Shown here one piece after another: positions 21,163-31,285 of a stretch of 64,000 nt of DNA. Position numbers and translations under genes: made by a program. The stretch lies in assembly GCA_019058445.1 (NCBI GenBank), contig JAHPZA010000009.1:128001-192000 (forward strand). Direction: 5' to 3'. Below the pieces are notes generated by a model that saw only the letters and a program-made list of their open reading frames with translations, did not search any database and was not told the DNA's origin. How positions within the stretch are numbered: position 1 is the first letter of the stretch; every line of letters begins with the position of its first letter. This DNA comes from Promethearchaeota archaeon. GTDB taxonomy: Archaea > Asgardarchaeota > Lokiarchaeia > Sigyniarchaeales > SOKP01.

Positions 21163-23145
21163 ATGGATGAATTTTTAAAACAATTGCAACTAAGCGAAGA
21201 TGCAATCAAAGTTTATAAAGAAAGTTTAGGAAGACCTCCTTTAACTTACTATGAATTATATTCGAGTTTCGTACCTAATGTATCAACAGAGGATTTTGCA
21301 AGTATTATAAACGAATTAACTGAAATAGACTTGTTAATCCAAATCGTTCCCCAAAAACCGGAAGTTCTTTTACATTATATTGCAATTCCACCCTTTACTC
21401 CAATTTTAAACTATTATAAAAATATTCATACGAATTTAGTTAACATACAAGATGCGGTTACAGGACTATTATCGAATTCTTTAAGTCAAATTTTTCATGA
21501 AAAGGAAAATATCGAATTAGAAGCACTGTTCAATAATTTTAGTGATATTAAGAAAGATGTTATGGAAGATTCTCTACTTCAAAAGCAAGATGCCAAAGAC
21601 ATTTTTGAAGATTTTGAAGATATCAAATCCAATCTAAAAAAATCTTTATCTAATTTTAGACTAACGAAGTCTAAACTCCAAGAAAAAATTACAGATCATA
21701 CTCAAACACAATTTTCAGAGTTGATACATAATTTAACTAGGATAAAGTCTGTCTTAATTACTAATATAAAATCATTAGAACTTAAGAAAAAAGAAGAAGG
21801 AGTATTAGAGGTTATTGAAAATGTGTTTAAAGATGAAATTCAGAGATTTTTAAAGGAATTTATCTCAACAACTGATAAATTAATTAAAAAAGAATTTCAA
21901 GATTTTGAAGAATCAATAAATAATAAGGTAACTGAACCCATTACTAATTTACTAGAAAGTGCTATTCAATCTGGAAATGACCTAAATTTGCTATTCTTAA
22001 CTGCTCTTAGCAACATTGAAAAATCTATGAACCAAATTCAAAAAATTATAAAAGAAGATCAAGAAAATCTCTCAAGGGATTTAAAAAAGCTTGAAAATTC
22101 AATCCTAGAAAATACGAATGAGATTGTAAAAGATTCAATGAATCAAGTTTCAGGATTAAGTGCGCCTATAGAAAATATCATGAGACTATTTCTTGAAAAA
22201 AACCTTCTCTCATATAAGAGAGGAATAGATAATGTATGGTTAATTAATACCCATGTAAAAATCAATGAAGAAATTGTTAACTTACTTTCTAATTCTAAAG
22301 AAAATCTCATAATTATTGTTCCTAAGATTGAAAATTATCTAAATTTAGACCAACTTCAAAATATCCCTAAAGACTTGAAAGTAAAGATTGTGTCCTCTGA
22401 TCCCCATACGAACAGTGTTGTGAAGAGTTTCAAGACAATGAGTAATTTAGAATATAGGACTCTGAAAAATGAGAATATTGTTGCATTAAGTGGAGATGAC
22501 AATCATATTAATATTAGTGTGCTTAATACAGAGTCGAAAGATGTTTTAAATAATATTGTAGGTATTGGAAGTAATTATAAACCGTTAATTAGTGTATTAT
22601 CCAGAATAATTAATGCAATTTGGATTGCTGCTGAACCTGACTATAGCCGACCTATTAAAGAGGTAAAGCCAATTCCTAGTCCAGTAAAAAAACAATTGCC
22701 CCCCGAGACGATTCCCTCCTCAACACCAGTGAAAGAACAAATAAAAACAGAAATTCAACAAGTGACAGCAATTAAAGAACCGCATATGAGTGTAACAGAA
22801 AATAGAACCGTTAGCCAGGAAAAAGTTGAACCTGCTATCCAACCTCAGACAAGTAGTGATTTTACATCAAAAATTAACCCTAATGCAGGCGATCAAGCAG
22901 GAATGATAATAAATACAGCATTTAATATGCTAATTTCAAAATTAAATGTAATAACGGGTGAAGCATTTAGTAACGAGTTACAAGATATCTCAGATATAAT
23001 CTTAGAACGAAAGGGATTCTCAGTAACCCTCCACAGCGTAAGAAGTATGATTAATAAATATAAAGAACTCGAAACTCTGTTAAATGAAAAAGAAAAAATG
23101 GAAATTTTCGAAGCAATTGAGGATTGGAAACAGAGATTATTTTAA
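21163..23145 (+). CDS. TrmB-like regulator with long coiled-coil insertion
   Basis: N-terminal LQLSEDAIKVY...PLTYYEL...YIAIPP (TrmB wHTH pattern), ~270 aa helical region, PLD-like effector segment (LLSNSKENLIIIVP), Pro/Gln-rich linker, C-terminal helical domain. Confidence 0.6.
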   Translation: MDEFLKQLQLSEDAIKVYKESLGRPPLTYYELYSSFVPNVSTEDFASIINELTEIDLLIQIVPQKPEVLLHYIAIPPFTPILNYYKNIHTNLVNIQDAVTGLLSNSLSQIFHEKENIELEALFNNFSDIKKDVMEDSLLQKQDAKDIFEDFEDIKSNLKKSLSNFRLTKSKLQEKITDHTQTQFSELIHNLTRIKSVLITNIKSLELKKKEEGVLEVIENVFKDEIQRFLKEFISTTDKLIKKEFQDFEESINNKVTEPITNLLESAIQSGNDLNLLFLTALSNIEKSMNQIQKIIKEDQENLSRDLKKLENSILENTNEIVKDSMNQVSGLSAPIENIMRLFLEKNLLSYKRGIDNVWLINTHVKINEEIVNLLSNSKENLIIIVPKIENYLNLDQLQNIPKDLKVKIVSSDPHTNSVVKSFKTMSNLEYRTLKNENIVALSGDDNHINISVLNTESKDVLNNIVGIGSNYKPLISVLSRIINAIWIAAEPDYSRPIKEVKPIPSPVKKQLPPETIPSSTPVKEQIKTEIQQVTAIKEPHMSVTENRTVSQEKVEPAIQPQTSSDFTSKINPNAGDQAGMIINTAFNMLISKLNVITGEAFSNELQDISDIILERKGFSVTLHSVRSMINKYKELETLLNEKEKMEIFEAIEDWKQRLF

Positions 23146-23210
23146 GGAAAAAAAGAATAAATTTAGTGTTATAAATTTAATTTACCACTTTTCTTAACAA
23201 ATTTTTAAGA

Positions 23211-23975
23211 TTATTCTTTAATTTTTTCAGATTTATGAAAAAATCCAGATATTATAAAGATCAGCAATAATAAGAAACCACCAAAGAATATTAAACTAAT
23301 AATTATTGAAACTGTAAAATCGGGATTCATTGCTCCAATTATGGCAAAAATAGGGCCAAGAGGAGCAATTATAAGCACGATAATATACACTTTTTTGTCC
23401 TTTTCGCCGAAACTAATATGGGTTGTAATGTTAAACCATCCTATTAAGATCATTAGAAAAGGAACAATATAAAGAGATACTTCGGGAAATGGATGTTCTA
23501 TCCCGCCTAAAGCGAAAGCATAAAAATAGTTGGCGCAATAGAAGCTTATTAATAATAAAGCAGAAAGTGGAGTTGGAACCCCTACATACCCGGGTGTCTC
23601 TTCAGTTGTTATATTAAATCTCGCTAATCTAAGCATTGCGCCTAAAGCAAAACAAATACATCCAATAATGAGAATAATATCATAAAATCCCCCTGTTTTA
23701 AAAGCTTGAAATGCTAAAACCGAAGGGGCAATCCCAAAGGTTAATGAATCGCTTAGAGAATCCATTTCTATCCCAAATTTGTTGACAGTACCCGTTTTAC
23801 GAGCAACATACCCATCCAGTAAATCAGTACCGAGTGAAATTGCTACAAAAAAAAATCCTAAAGATAGAAAGTAGCGTGTACCAATTACAGCACAAATTAG
23901 CGCGAGTATTCCCATGGTCGTTCCAGAAAGTGTAATATAATCTTTTAATTTTAAAAGTTTTGGTATGCTTGTCAT
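23211..23975 (-). CDS. pssA: CDP-alcohol phosphatidyltransferase (archaetidylserine/phosphatidylserine synthase-like)
   Basis: DLLDGYVARK...FGIEMDSLSD, LRLARFN, GVPTP. Confidence 0.85.
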   Translation of the reverse strand: MTSIPKLLKLKDYITLSGTTMGILALICAVIGTRYFLSLGFFFVAISLGTDLLDGYVARKTGTVNKFGIEMDSLSDSLTFGIAPSVLAFQAFKTGGFYDIILIIGCICFALGAMLRLARFNITTEETPGYVGVPTPLSALLLISFYCANYFYAFALGGIEHPFPEVSLYIVPFLMILIGWFNITTHISFGEKDKKVYIIVLIIAPLGPIFAIIGAMNPDFTVSIIISLIFFGGFLLLLIFIISGFFHKSEKIKE

Positions 23976-24120
23976 TTTAAAGTCGATATTTTAGATTTTA
24001 TGTATTTATAAAAATAAGCATTTTTCGTATTATAACTTTTTTCGTATTCCTCAAAATTTAAAATCTAATAATATTATCATAAGATTAAAAAAATACTAAA
24101 AAATAATTCATTACAAAAAA

Positions 24121-24825
24121 GTGATATTGTTGAAATATTGTCCAAGTTGTGGAGTCGAATTAGAGGATAAAGAACAAAATTTTTGCGAGAAATGTGGTGC
24201 TAATTTAGACGATTATAAAAAGGAAGGTAAGACAGAATCTCAGGTGGTTTCACAATCTTCAAAAATCACTCAAGTATCAAGTAAATTATTTGATCTCAAT
24301 CGTAATTACTATATTTTGAAGGAAAAGTATTGGGATTGGGGTTCAGGAGAAATCCTTGATAATCAAGGCCAAGTCATTGGAAAAATGCATAGAAAAATAT
24401 TAAGTATTAGGAAAAAAGTTGAGCTTATGGAGTTAGATGGTACTGTTTCAGCTAGCATAAATGCAAAGTTAATATCTGCACGAGCTGCGCAAGATTTAAA
24501 AGATGCGCAGGGGAACTTGATTGCTAGGATAAAAAAAAAGATAATGACATTATTAAAACCAAAATTCTTTTTGGAGGATCCAGAAGGTACACGATTATAT
24601 GAGGCACAGGGTAATTTTATGGGTTTTTCTTTTAAAGTCAAAGATTTAACTTCAAATAAGATTATTGCGGAAATCGAGAAAGCACAAAAATGGCGTGATG
24701 TTTTTCTAGGTGGAGTATTTGATTTTAAAGACACTTATGCTTTAAAAATTCTTGATAATAAAACAGATAGAAGGATTCTTTTAGGGTTCGTGCTAAGTAT
24801 CGATAATGTCCTCCATGATCAATAA
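24121..24825 (+). CDS. zinc-ribbon + LURP-one/scramblase (tubby-C-like) protein
   Basis: CPSCG..FCEKCG, then repeated beta-hairpin units ending DTYALKI...RRILLGFVLSID. Confidence 0.8.
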   Translation: MILLKYCPSCGVELEDKEQNFCEKCGANLDDYKKEGKTESQVVSQSSKITQVSSKLFDLNRNYYILKEKYWDWGSGEILDNQGQVIGKMHRKILSIRKKVELMELDGTVSASINAKLISARAAQDLKDAQGNLIARIKKKIMTLLKPKFFLEDPEGTRLYEAQGNFMGFSFKVKDLTSNKIIAEIEKAQKWRDVFLGGVFDFKDTYALKILDNKTDRRILLGFVLSIDNVLHDQ

Positions 24826-24976
24826 TCTTGAGGATAGCTTGTGATATATTTTTTTTTATTTTAAAAATTTTTCTCTTAAAATCATTCACATTTATCGAAG
24901 AATAAAAGTTTTTAAATAAAATGTGTTTTAATTATTACAAAATTGTATCTTTTATAATCAATCATTTGTAATTTTT

Positions 24977-26167
24977 ATGACTGAAGCTTACGATTATTTC
25001 ATGATTTATGAGTTGGATGATTCCGGCGAGAGAATTCGAATCCCTGCTACTGAAGAAGAATTTAAAGCCAATAATGGTTTGAATTTCTTAAATCCTGACC
25101 AAGTTTTAGTAATTGTTAAGGAATCTATAAGAAGGATATACATTTGGAAAGGGGCTAAATCGCATGTGAGAAAGCGGTTTATAAGCTCGAGAATTGCAGG
25201 GGCACTTCAAGAGGAATTAGTTAAAAATGCTGCGTTCCATAGATGTAAAATCGTGTCTGTTGATCAAGGAGACGAGGTTATAGAGTTTTTAAATGCCTTT
25301 AGATTTGAATCCATGCCTGTAGAGGAAAAACTGGCAGATATGCATTATGTACGAAATATTGATAGAGATAAAATGTATGATCGTGGGGAAATACCCGATA
25401 CAGGCCCTCAGTATGTAAAGATTGAACCAAAATCAGAGCCACATGTCTCACCAGCAATAGAGGAACTTGAAAAAGAAAAACTAGTACCATTACCTAAGGG
25501 TAGTAAAGAAAAAGCTAGAAAGATAGCACCAGTTCCTAAACAACCTATTCAAACTGCACCCGCAAGAACTTCAACGTCCACTCGACCTTCACATACGCGA
25601 GCATCTTCAGCAAACCGACCTTCATCAGGAATATCAGAAGATCAGAAAAATAAAATCATGGACAAAATTATTAAGACTGAAGTTCCAGAGGGTTATAAAA
25701 GGCAAAATCTAATTTTAGGCCATATGCTCTATGGTACTGTTTTAAAAAAAGTGAACGTTTTAGGAAAAACTATTGAAGAAACTGAATGGGAACAAGTAAA
25801 AACCTTACCAAAAGAAACAATTGAACTAGAGGATCGCATTTTAAGAGTTTATTTTGATGCTAAAGGGGAAATAGTGGAAGCCTTAGAGGTATTAGAAAAA
25901 ACTGATGGAAGTATTAAGGTATCTAAGAAATCAAAATCGGATGAAAAAAAATCTACTACTGAGGAGAAACTTGAGAAAGTGGATGCCCCAGAAGAAGATA
26001 TTGATTCGATGACTGTGAAAGAACTTAAAACTTATGCTGATGAGCATAATATAGAATTAGCTTCAGGCGCTCGAAAAGCAGACATTATTAAAACTATAAA
26101 GGATTCATTAAATAACGGAGCTGGAACTTCAAAAAGAAGAAAACTACCTGAAATTCCCAAAGCTTAA
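24977..26167 (+). CDS. gelsolin-like domain protein with C-terminal HeH/Rho-N/SAP-like domain
   Basis: LNPDQVLVIV...RIYIWKGAKS...VDQGDE...F gelsolin-type motif; C-terminal IDSMTVKELKTYADEHNIEL...RKADIIKTI. Confidence 0.72.
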   Translation: MTEAYDYFMIYELDDSGERIRIPATEEEFKANNGLNFLNPDQVLVIVKESIRRIYIWKGAKSHVRKRFISSRIAGALQEELVKNAAFHRCKIVSVDQGDEVIEFLNAFRFESMPVEEKLADMHYVRNIDRDKMYDRGEIPDTGPQYVKIEPKSEPHVSPAIEELEKEKLVPLPKGSKEKARKIAPVPKQPIQTAPARTSTSTRPSHTRASSANRPSSGISEDQKNKIMDKIIKTEVPEGYKRQNLILGHMLYGTVLKKVNVLGKTIEETEWEQVKTLPKETIELEDRILRVYFDAKGEIVEALEVLEKTDGSIKVSKKSKSDEKKSTTEEKLEKVDAPEEDIDSMTVKELKTYADEHNIELASGARKADIIKTIKDSLNNGAGTSKRRKLPEIPKA

Positions 26168-26257
26168 TGTATCACTAGTACTTTTTGTTTTCAAATTCGA
26201 ACTTTTATTTTTTGTAATAAAAAGAGAAAAGTGAAAAATAAATAGATTTATTTTTAT

Positions 26258-26746
26258 TTAAAAGCCCTCTTCTTGAGAATCATCTTCAATGCCTCTTTCT
26301 TCAGGCTTACCTTTTTTTTGTTCTTTTTCTTTGGTATGTTCTTTGATTTTTTTCAATCCTTCGATCGCTTCCTTTCTAACTTCGGGATCCTTATCTTGTA
26401 ATGCCTTAGCAAGAGCTTCAAGAGAGTATGAGTGATGAAGATCACCCAGCTCGTCTGCTGCTTCTTTCCGGCAACGAGGATCTGGATCATTAAAGAGAAC
26501 ATAAGTTAATAATCCTAAAGCTTTCTTATCCTTGAAACCGCCAATCGTATCAAGAGCTTCTTTCCTTACATCCGCATCAGTATCACTTACTGCAGTCATC
26601 GCTAATGGTCTTAAGATACTATCGTTTCCAATAGGCTTGATATCCGAAAGATCTACTCCACAGTACTTGCAAAAATTATGGTCAATTTTGATGGTTTTTC
26701 CACATGCTGGACAAACTCTCTGTGTATTAAAATCAATAAATCCCAT
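26258..26746 (-). CDS. zinc-ribbon + HEAT (PBS-lyase-like) repeat protein
   Basis: CPACG..FCKYCG; three D.D..VRKEA..L repeats. Confidence 0.85.
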   Translation of the reverse strand: MGFIDFNTQRVCPACGKTIKIDHNFCKYCGVDLSDIKPIGNDSILRPLAMTAVSDTDADVRKEALDTIGGFKDKKALGLLTYVLFNDPDPRCRKEAADELGDLHHSYSLEALAKALQDKDPEVRKEAIEGLKKIKEHTKEKEQKKGKPEERGIEDDSQEEGF

Positions 26747-26897
26747 TTACACCATCTTAATATTTTTTATTTCCTTAAGTTCAATTTTTTATAATATATA
26801 AATAAATAAGTTCTTTTAAAATATTATTAGTCCAATCTTCGATTTTTTTTTTATTAATCCTTAATTATGAATAATAAATTAGATATAATAGAAAAGA

Positions 26898-28250
26898 ATG
26901 AAAAAGCCCAATATTGTTTTTATATTATCTGACCAGCAGAGACATGATACTTGTGGATGTTTCGGTCAAGAATTAAATGTCACCCCTAATCTTGATAAGA
27001 TGGCTGAAGAAGGTGTACTTTTCACTAACGCTTTTACTTGCCAACCTGTATGTGGTCCAGCCAGATCTTGTTTACAAACTGGTAAATATGCCACTGAAAC
27101 AATGTGTTATCGAAATGGGATTGCTCTTCCAATAAGCAATGAAAACATCGCCAATTATTTTTCAAAAAATGGTTATGAAACCGCTTATATTGGTAAATGG
27201 CATTTAGCAAGTACAGTTATGCGTTCCAAGGAGAATATTGGAAAAAAATGTAATTATACTATGAGTCCTATTCCACAAGAACGGAGAGGAGGGTATAAAG
27301 ATTATTGGTTGGCTGCCGATTTGCTTGAATATACATCTCATCCATATGAAGGTCATTTCTTTGATGGAGATATGAAAAAAGTGGATTTCGATGGATATCG
27401 TGTGGACTGTATGACTGATTTTGTTCTCGAGTATTTACACTCTCGAAGTAGAGCAAAACCATTTTTTCTATTCATATCATACCTTGAACCTCACCAGCAG
27501 AATAATGAACAGAGATTTGTAGGGCCAAATGACTCCAGTGAAGTTTTTAAAGATTTTAAAATTCCGGGAGATTTGAAAGGTACAGAAGGAGACTGGCGTG
27601 AATTCTTTCCGGAATTTCTTGGATGTTGTCATAGTATTGATAAAAATCTAAAAAGGATTCAAGATGAGTTAGAAAATTTGGAAATGATGGAGGATACAAT
27701 TTTTTTATATACGAGTGATCATGGGTGCCATTTTAAAACCCGAAATGCAGAATATAAAAGGTCTTGCCATGATTCATCAGTTCATATTCCGCTTATAGTT
27801 AAAGGTCGAGGATTTTTAGGCGGAAAAAAGATTTCAGAGCTTGTGAGTTTGATTGATATCCCGCCAACCTTATTACGCTGTGCAGGAATAACTCCTCCAA
27901 AACACATGAGAGGCCGACCATTACAGGATTTAGTCAATGGCACAGCGAAAAATTGGCCACAAGAAGTATTTATTCAAATAAGTGAAACTCAAGTGGGCAG
28001 GGCTATCCGCACGAAGAAGTGGAAATATTCGGTAAAGGCACCTAAAATAGACGGGTGGTTATATGCTAAAAGCGATACTTATATGGAGGATTTTTTATAT
28101 GACCTTGAGAACGATAAGCATGAAAGAAAGAATCTAGTTGGCGATCTTGATTATATTGACATAAGAGATGAGTTAGCAGAAATATTAAAGAGAAGAATGG
28201 TCGAAGCTGGGGAGAAAATTCCAAAGATTTTTCCAAAAGCTTTCGAATAA
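26898..28250 (+). CDS. Cys-type sulfatase
   Basis: KPNIVFILSDQ, CGPAR (CxPxR), GKWHL, TSDHG. Confidence 0.95.
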   Translation: MKKPNIVFILSDQQRHDTCGCFGQELNVTPNLDKMAEEGVLFTNAFTCQPVCGPARSCLQTGKYATETMCYRNGIALPISNENIANYFSKNGYETAYIGKWHLASTVMRSKENIGKKCNYTMSPIPQERRGGYKDYWLAADLLEYTSHPYEGHFFDGDMKKVDFDGYRVDCMTDFVLEYLHSRSRAKPFFLFISYLEPHQQNNEQRFVGPNDSSEVFKDFKIPGDLKGTEGDWREFFPEFLGCCHSIDKNLKRIQDELENLEMMEDTIFLYTSDHGCHFKTRNAEYKRSCHDSSVHIPLIVKGRGFLGGKKISELVSLIDIPPTLLRCAGITPPKHMRGRPLQDLVNGTAKNWPQEVFIQISETQVGRAIRTKKWKYSVKAPKIDGWLYAKSDTYMEDFLYDLENDKHERKNLVGDLDYIDIRDELAEILKRRMVEAGEKIPKIFPKAFE

Positions 28251-28341
28251 CCTCTATCTATATAATAAACACAAATTTATTTTTAGAGAAAAAATTTCAT
28301 TTATCATAATTTTTAAGACTAATCAATTTTATTTAGAAAAA

Positions 28342-30318
28342 ATGAATAATAGCGACATCCCTTCATATTACGATTATAGAGAGGTAATTGAAGATGAGGA
28401 TAATATTGAAATTAATGTTGATTCTGAAGTAGTGGTAAATAGCAGAACTCATATAAAAATAATATTTACGGCAAAAAAAGAATATCCTGTAAGAACCCAA
28501 TTCCGTTTTATTATACCATATGGATGGAGAGCAATCAATCTTCAAAATGATTTCTGCACTGTGGACTCTTCGGTTGAGGGAACCGTGAAAGCTTCAAATT
28601 CTCAGATTGAACTATTATATGTGTTAAAAGAACATATAAATAAAGGGGATGTCATCGAGTTTAATTATAATAAGTCTAAAACACAACACAGTGCGGGTGA
28701 ACTTGCATATTTTGATACGGTTTTTTGTGCTTTCGATGTCAAATATCCAAAAGATAAGTTATTTACTAGAATTAGTAAGAAAGAAATTAAAATGATTTCA
28801 GAAAAAGCTTCATTTTTTTTGGTAAAATTGCCCACTATTTACCATGGAGTTCCTGTTGACATTCAGATTGTTGCATTAGATAATTTTGGAAATAGAGATT
28901 ATAATTTCAATAGTGAAATTAATATTGAAGGAAATGATTGTCTTTCCTTCCCATATACTGCTGAAATGGAGCATGGTTATGCTAAACTCGAAGAATCATT
29001 AACTTTTAAAAACATTTGTGACAAACATACTAAAGTTAAAAATCTTTTAAGAGATAATAAAGGATATGAGGATTTTCCGGTTGTAAAAGAATTAAGATCT
29101 AATATAGGAAAACTTTATGTGTCTTGTGGAGATTTGAATGGAACATCTAATCCTATAGTATGGGATAACGATTATGCAAAGCAATCACTTCAAGTCTATT
29201 GGGGAGATACTCATATTCATACCAGAGAATTTTCAGATGGAATAGGGACTGGCAGAGATGGATTTCATTATGCTAAAAAAGAAATTCTTCATGATTTTGC
29301 AGCATTAGGAGATCATTTGAATCAAAGATTTAATCGGTGGATGGAAGGTAAAAAGACTGGTCTTTTTCCTTATACTCAACAAGTGTGGAGATCATTAGTA
29401 AATTTATGTAAGGAATTTACTGATGATAAGTTTTCAGCCATCCCGGCTTATGAATGGTCTGGACGTGTGATATATGCAAAACTACTTTTAAATTTAGATT
29501 GTCCCTACGATATGATTAGTGATAAAGTCATTCTTTTTCCTCTTAATTCGGCGAAAAATGCTCCTTTAATAGATTATGCCTCAAAAGAAGGCTGCTACCA
29601 AGATCAATTATATGAATCATTAAAAGGTATGGAATGCGCGATTATATCTCATACTCCGATTAGTTGGTCAATGGGAACGTCATGGTCCGAAGTCAATAAT
29701 GATTATGAAAAGGTAGTAGAAATTTATTCGCAACACGGTTCAAGTGAAGAATATGGAGGAGGGTATCGTCCTTTAATAACAAATAGAAAAGGATCTAGTG
29801 TTCAAGCAGCATTAAATAAAGGTTTTAAATTAGCATTCATAGGAGGTGGTGATGATCATTATACACATCCTGGACGATCTGTAAAACAGTATAAATTACG
29901 GAAAGTTGCCGCATCACTACGTTACAAACCAGGAATTGCTGGAATTTTCTCTGATCAATTGAATTCAATTAGCTTGATAAAAAGTCTCAATGAACGTAAA
30001 TGTTATGCTACGACGGGAAATAGGATGTGGATAAAAATAAAAATAAATTCAACTTTAATGGGGCAGCAAACTATCGTATCAGAGCCTCCTATAATTATCA
30101 TTACTGTCTGTGGGACAACTCAAGTAGAAAGCGTGGAATTAATAAAAAACGGAAAAGTAATTGCCGTGAGAGCTCCGGCAGATGATCGAATTAAATTTGC
30201 TTATAAAGATGATGAATTAAAATCTGGAGAAGAAGCATATTACTATATCCGAGTAACTCAATTTGATGGAGAGAGGGGTTGGAGTTCACCCATTTGGGTA
30301 AGAGCAAATTTTAATTAA
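28342..30318 (+). CDS. DUF3604-like PHP-domain metallohydrolase
   Basis: WGDTHIHT, AYEWS, VEIYSQHG, GGGDDH, RKCYATTG, YYYIRVTQ..GERGWSSPIW. Confidence 0.8.
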   Translation: MNNSDIPSYYDYREVIEDEDNIEINVDSEVVVNSRTHIKIIFTAKKEYPVRTQFRFIIPYGWRAINLQNDFCTVDSSVEGTVKASNSQIELLYVLKEHINKGDVIEFNYNKSKTQHSAGELAYFDTVFCAFDVKYPKDKLFTRISKKEIKMISEKASFFLVKLPTIYHGVPVDIQIVALDNFGNRDYNFNSEINIEGNDCLSFPYTAEMEHGYAKLEESLTFKNICDKHTKVKNLLRDNKGYEDFPVVKELRSNIGKLYVSCGDLNGTSNPIVWDNDYAKQSLQVYWGDTHIHTREFSDGIGTGRDGFHYAKKEILHDFAALGDHLNQRFNRWMEGKKTGLFPYTQQVWRSLVNLCKEFTDDKFSAIPAYEWSGRVIYAKLLLNLDCPYDMISDKVILFPLNSAKNAPLIDYASKEGCYQDQLYESLKGMECAIISHTPISWSMGTSWSEVNNDYEKVVEIYSQHGSSEEYGGGYRPLITNRKGSSVQAALNKGFKLAFIGGGDDHYTHPGRSVKQYKLRKVAASLRYKPGIAGIFSDQLNSISLIKSLNERKCYATTGNRMWIKIKINSTLMGQQTIVSEPPIIIITVCGTTQVESVELIKNGKVIAVRAPADDRIKFAYKDDELKSGEEAYYYIRVTQFDGERGWSSPIWVRANFN

Positions 30319-30335
30319 GAAAAAAAATAGAAATA

Positions 30336-31190
30336 TTAAACTTCAATTTTTTCAGCATTATAAATATCTAAGGCTTGATCTACACTTTTTCCCTCAAATA
30401 TAGCTTTATAACCAAGAGCTTTATTAATCGGTTTAGGATCTTGAAAAATGTTCCTTCCAATTGCCATGCCATCTAAAATATGGATGATCTCGTAAGCTGT
30501 ATTATATGCAATTTGTACTGTATTTGCTTTTGCTCCTCCAGCTATTAAACAGAAAATATCTGGTGCATATTCCTTTACTTTTTTAAGCCCTTCGGTATTT
30601 TCCGGATAATATAACTTTACCATATCTGCTCCATTTTCGAAGGCCACCCTTGCAGCATATCTTACATTTTCCCATTTTCCCTCCTCTTCTTTTAATCGAG
30701 GATTATGCTGCCTTACATATGCCCACACTATTACCGGAAGTTGAAAGTTTCTTGCTTCTCTAACGATCTCAGCTAATTCTGTTAGTTGTTCAGTTTCTTT
30801 TTGACCTCCCACATATAAGCTGTAACCTACAGCAACTAAACTTGGACAAATTCCAAGGGCTTCTTGGACTGTACAATCTATTCCGCCATGCGGGGCCCTA
30901 TTATCATAAAATAATTCGGTTTTTCCATTGAGTTTAAGTACCATTGGGACATCGGGATGCCTATCAGCATACCGTATATAAGTCCCTTTATGTAATATTA
31001 ATGGAATGCCTGCTTTTTCTGCTATCGCCATTATATAATCTGGATTAGCAGCTTCAGGTATAGTGAAATCAGCCCGATGTTCAAATCCTTGATCGCAAGC
31101 AAGAAATAAAGCCTTATCACCAAGCTCTCCTTGAATTAGTATTTTTTCCATCCTAACTTTAAAACCAGTATAGGGATTCTTTAGCGACAT
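30336..31190 (-). CDS. class I (DhnA/archaeal-type) fructose-bisphosphate aldolase family
   Basis: LACDQGFEH, VIVWAY, GADMVKLYYP (Schiff-base Lys), IAGG, GRNIFQ. Confidence 0.88.
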   Translation of the reverse strand: MSLKNPYTGFKVRMEKILIQGELGDKALFLACDQGFEHRADFTIPEAANPDYIMAIAEKAGIPLILHKGTYIRYADRHPDVPMVLKLNGKTELFYDNRAPHGGIDCTVQEALGICPSLVAVGYSLYVGGQKETEQLTELAEIVREARNFQLPVIVWAYVRQHNPRLKEEEGKWENVRYAARVAFENGADMVKLYYPENTEGLKKVKEYAPDIFCLIAGGAKANTVQIAYNTAYEIIHILDGMAIGRNIFQDPKPINKALGYKAIFEGKSVDQALDIYNAEKIEV

Positions 31191-31285
31191 TTTTTTTAGA
31201 ACTTGTTTTAATTTGGATTATATTTTAATTATAACACTAATGAATTTAATTTTTAGCCATTATAATTATAAGCTTTGGACACTAA

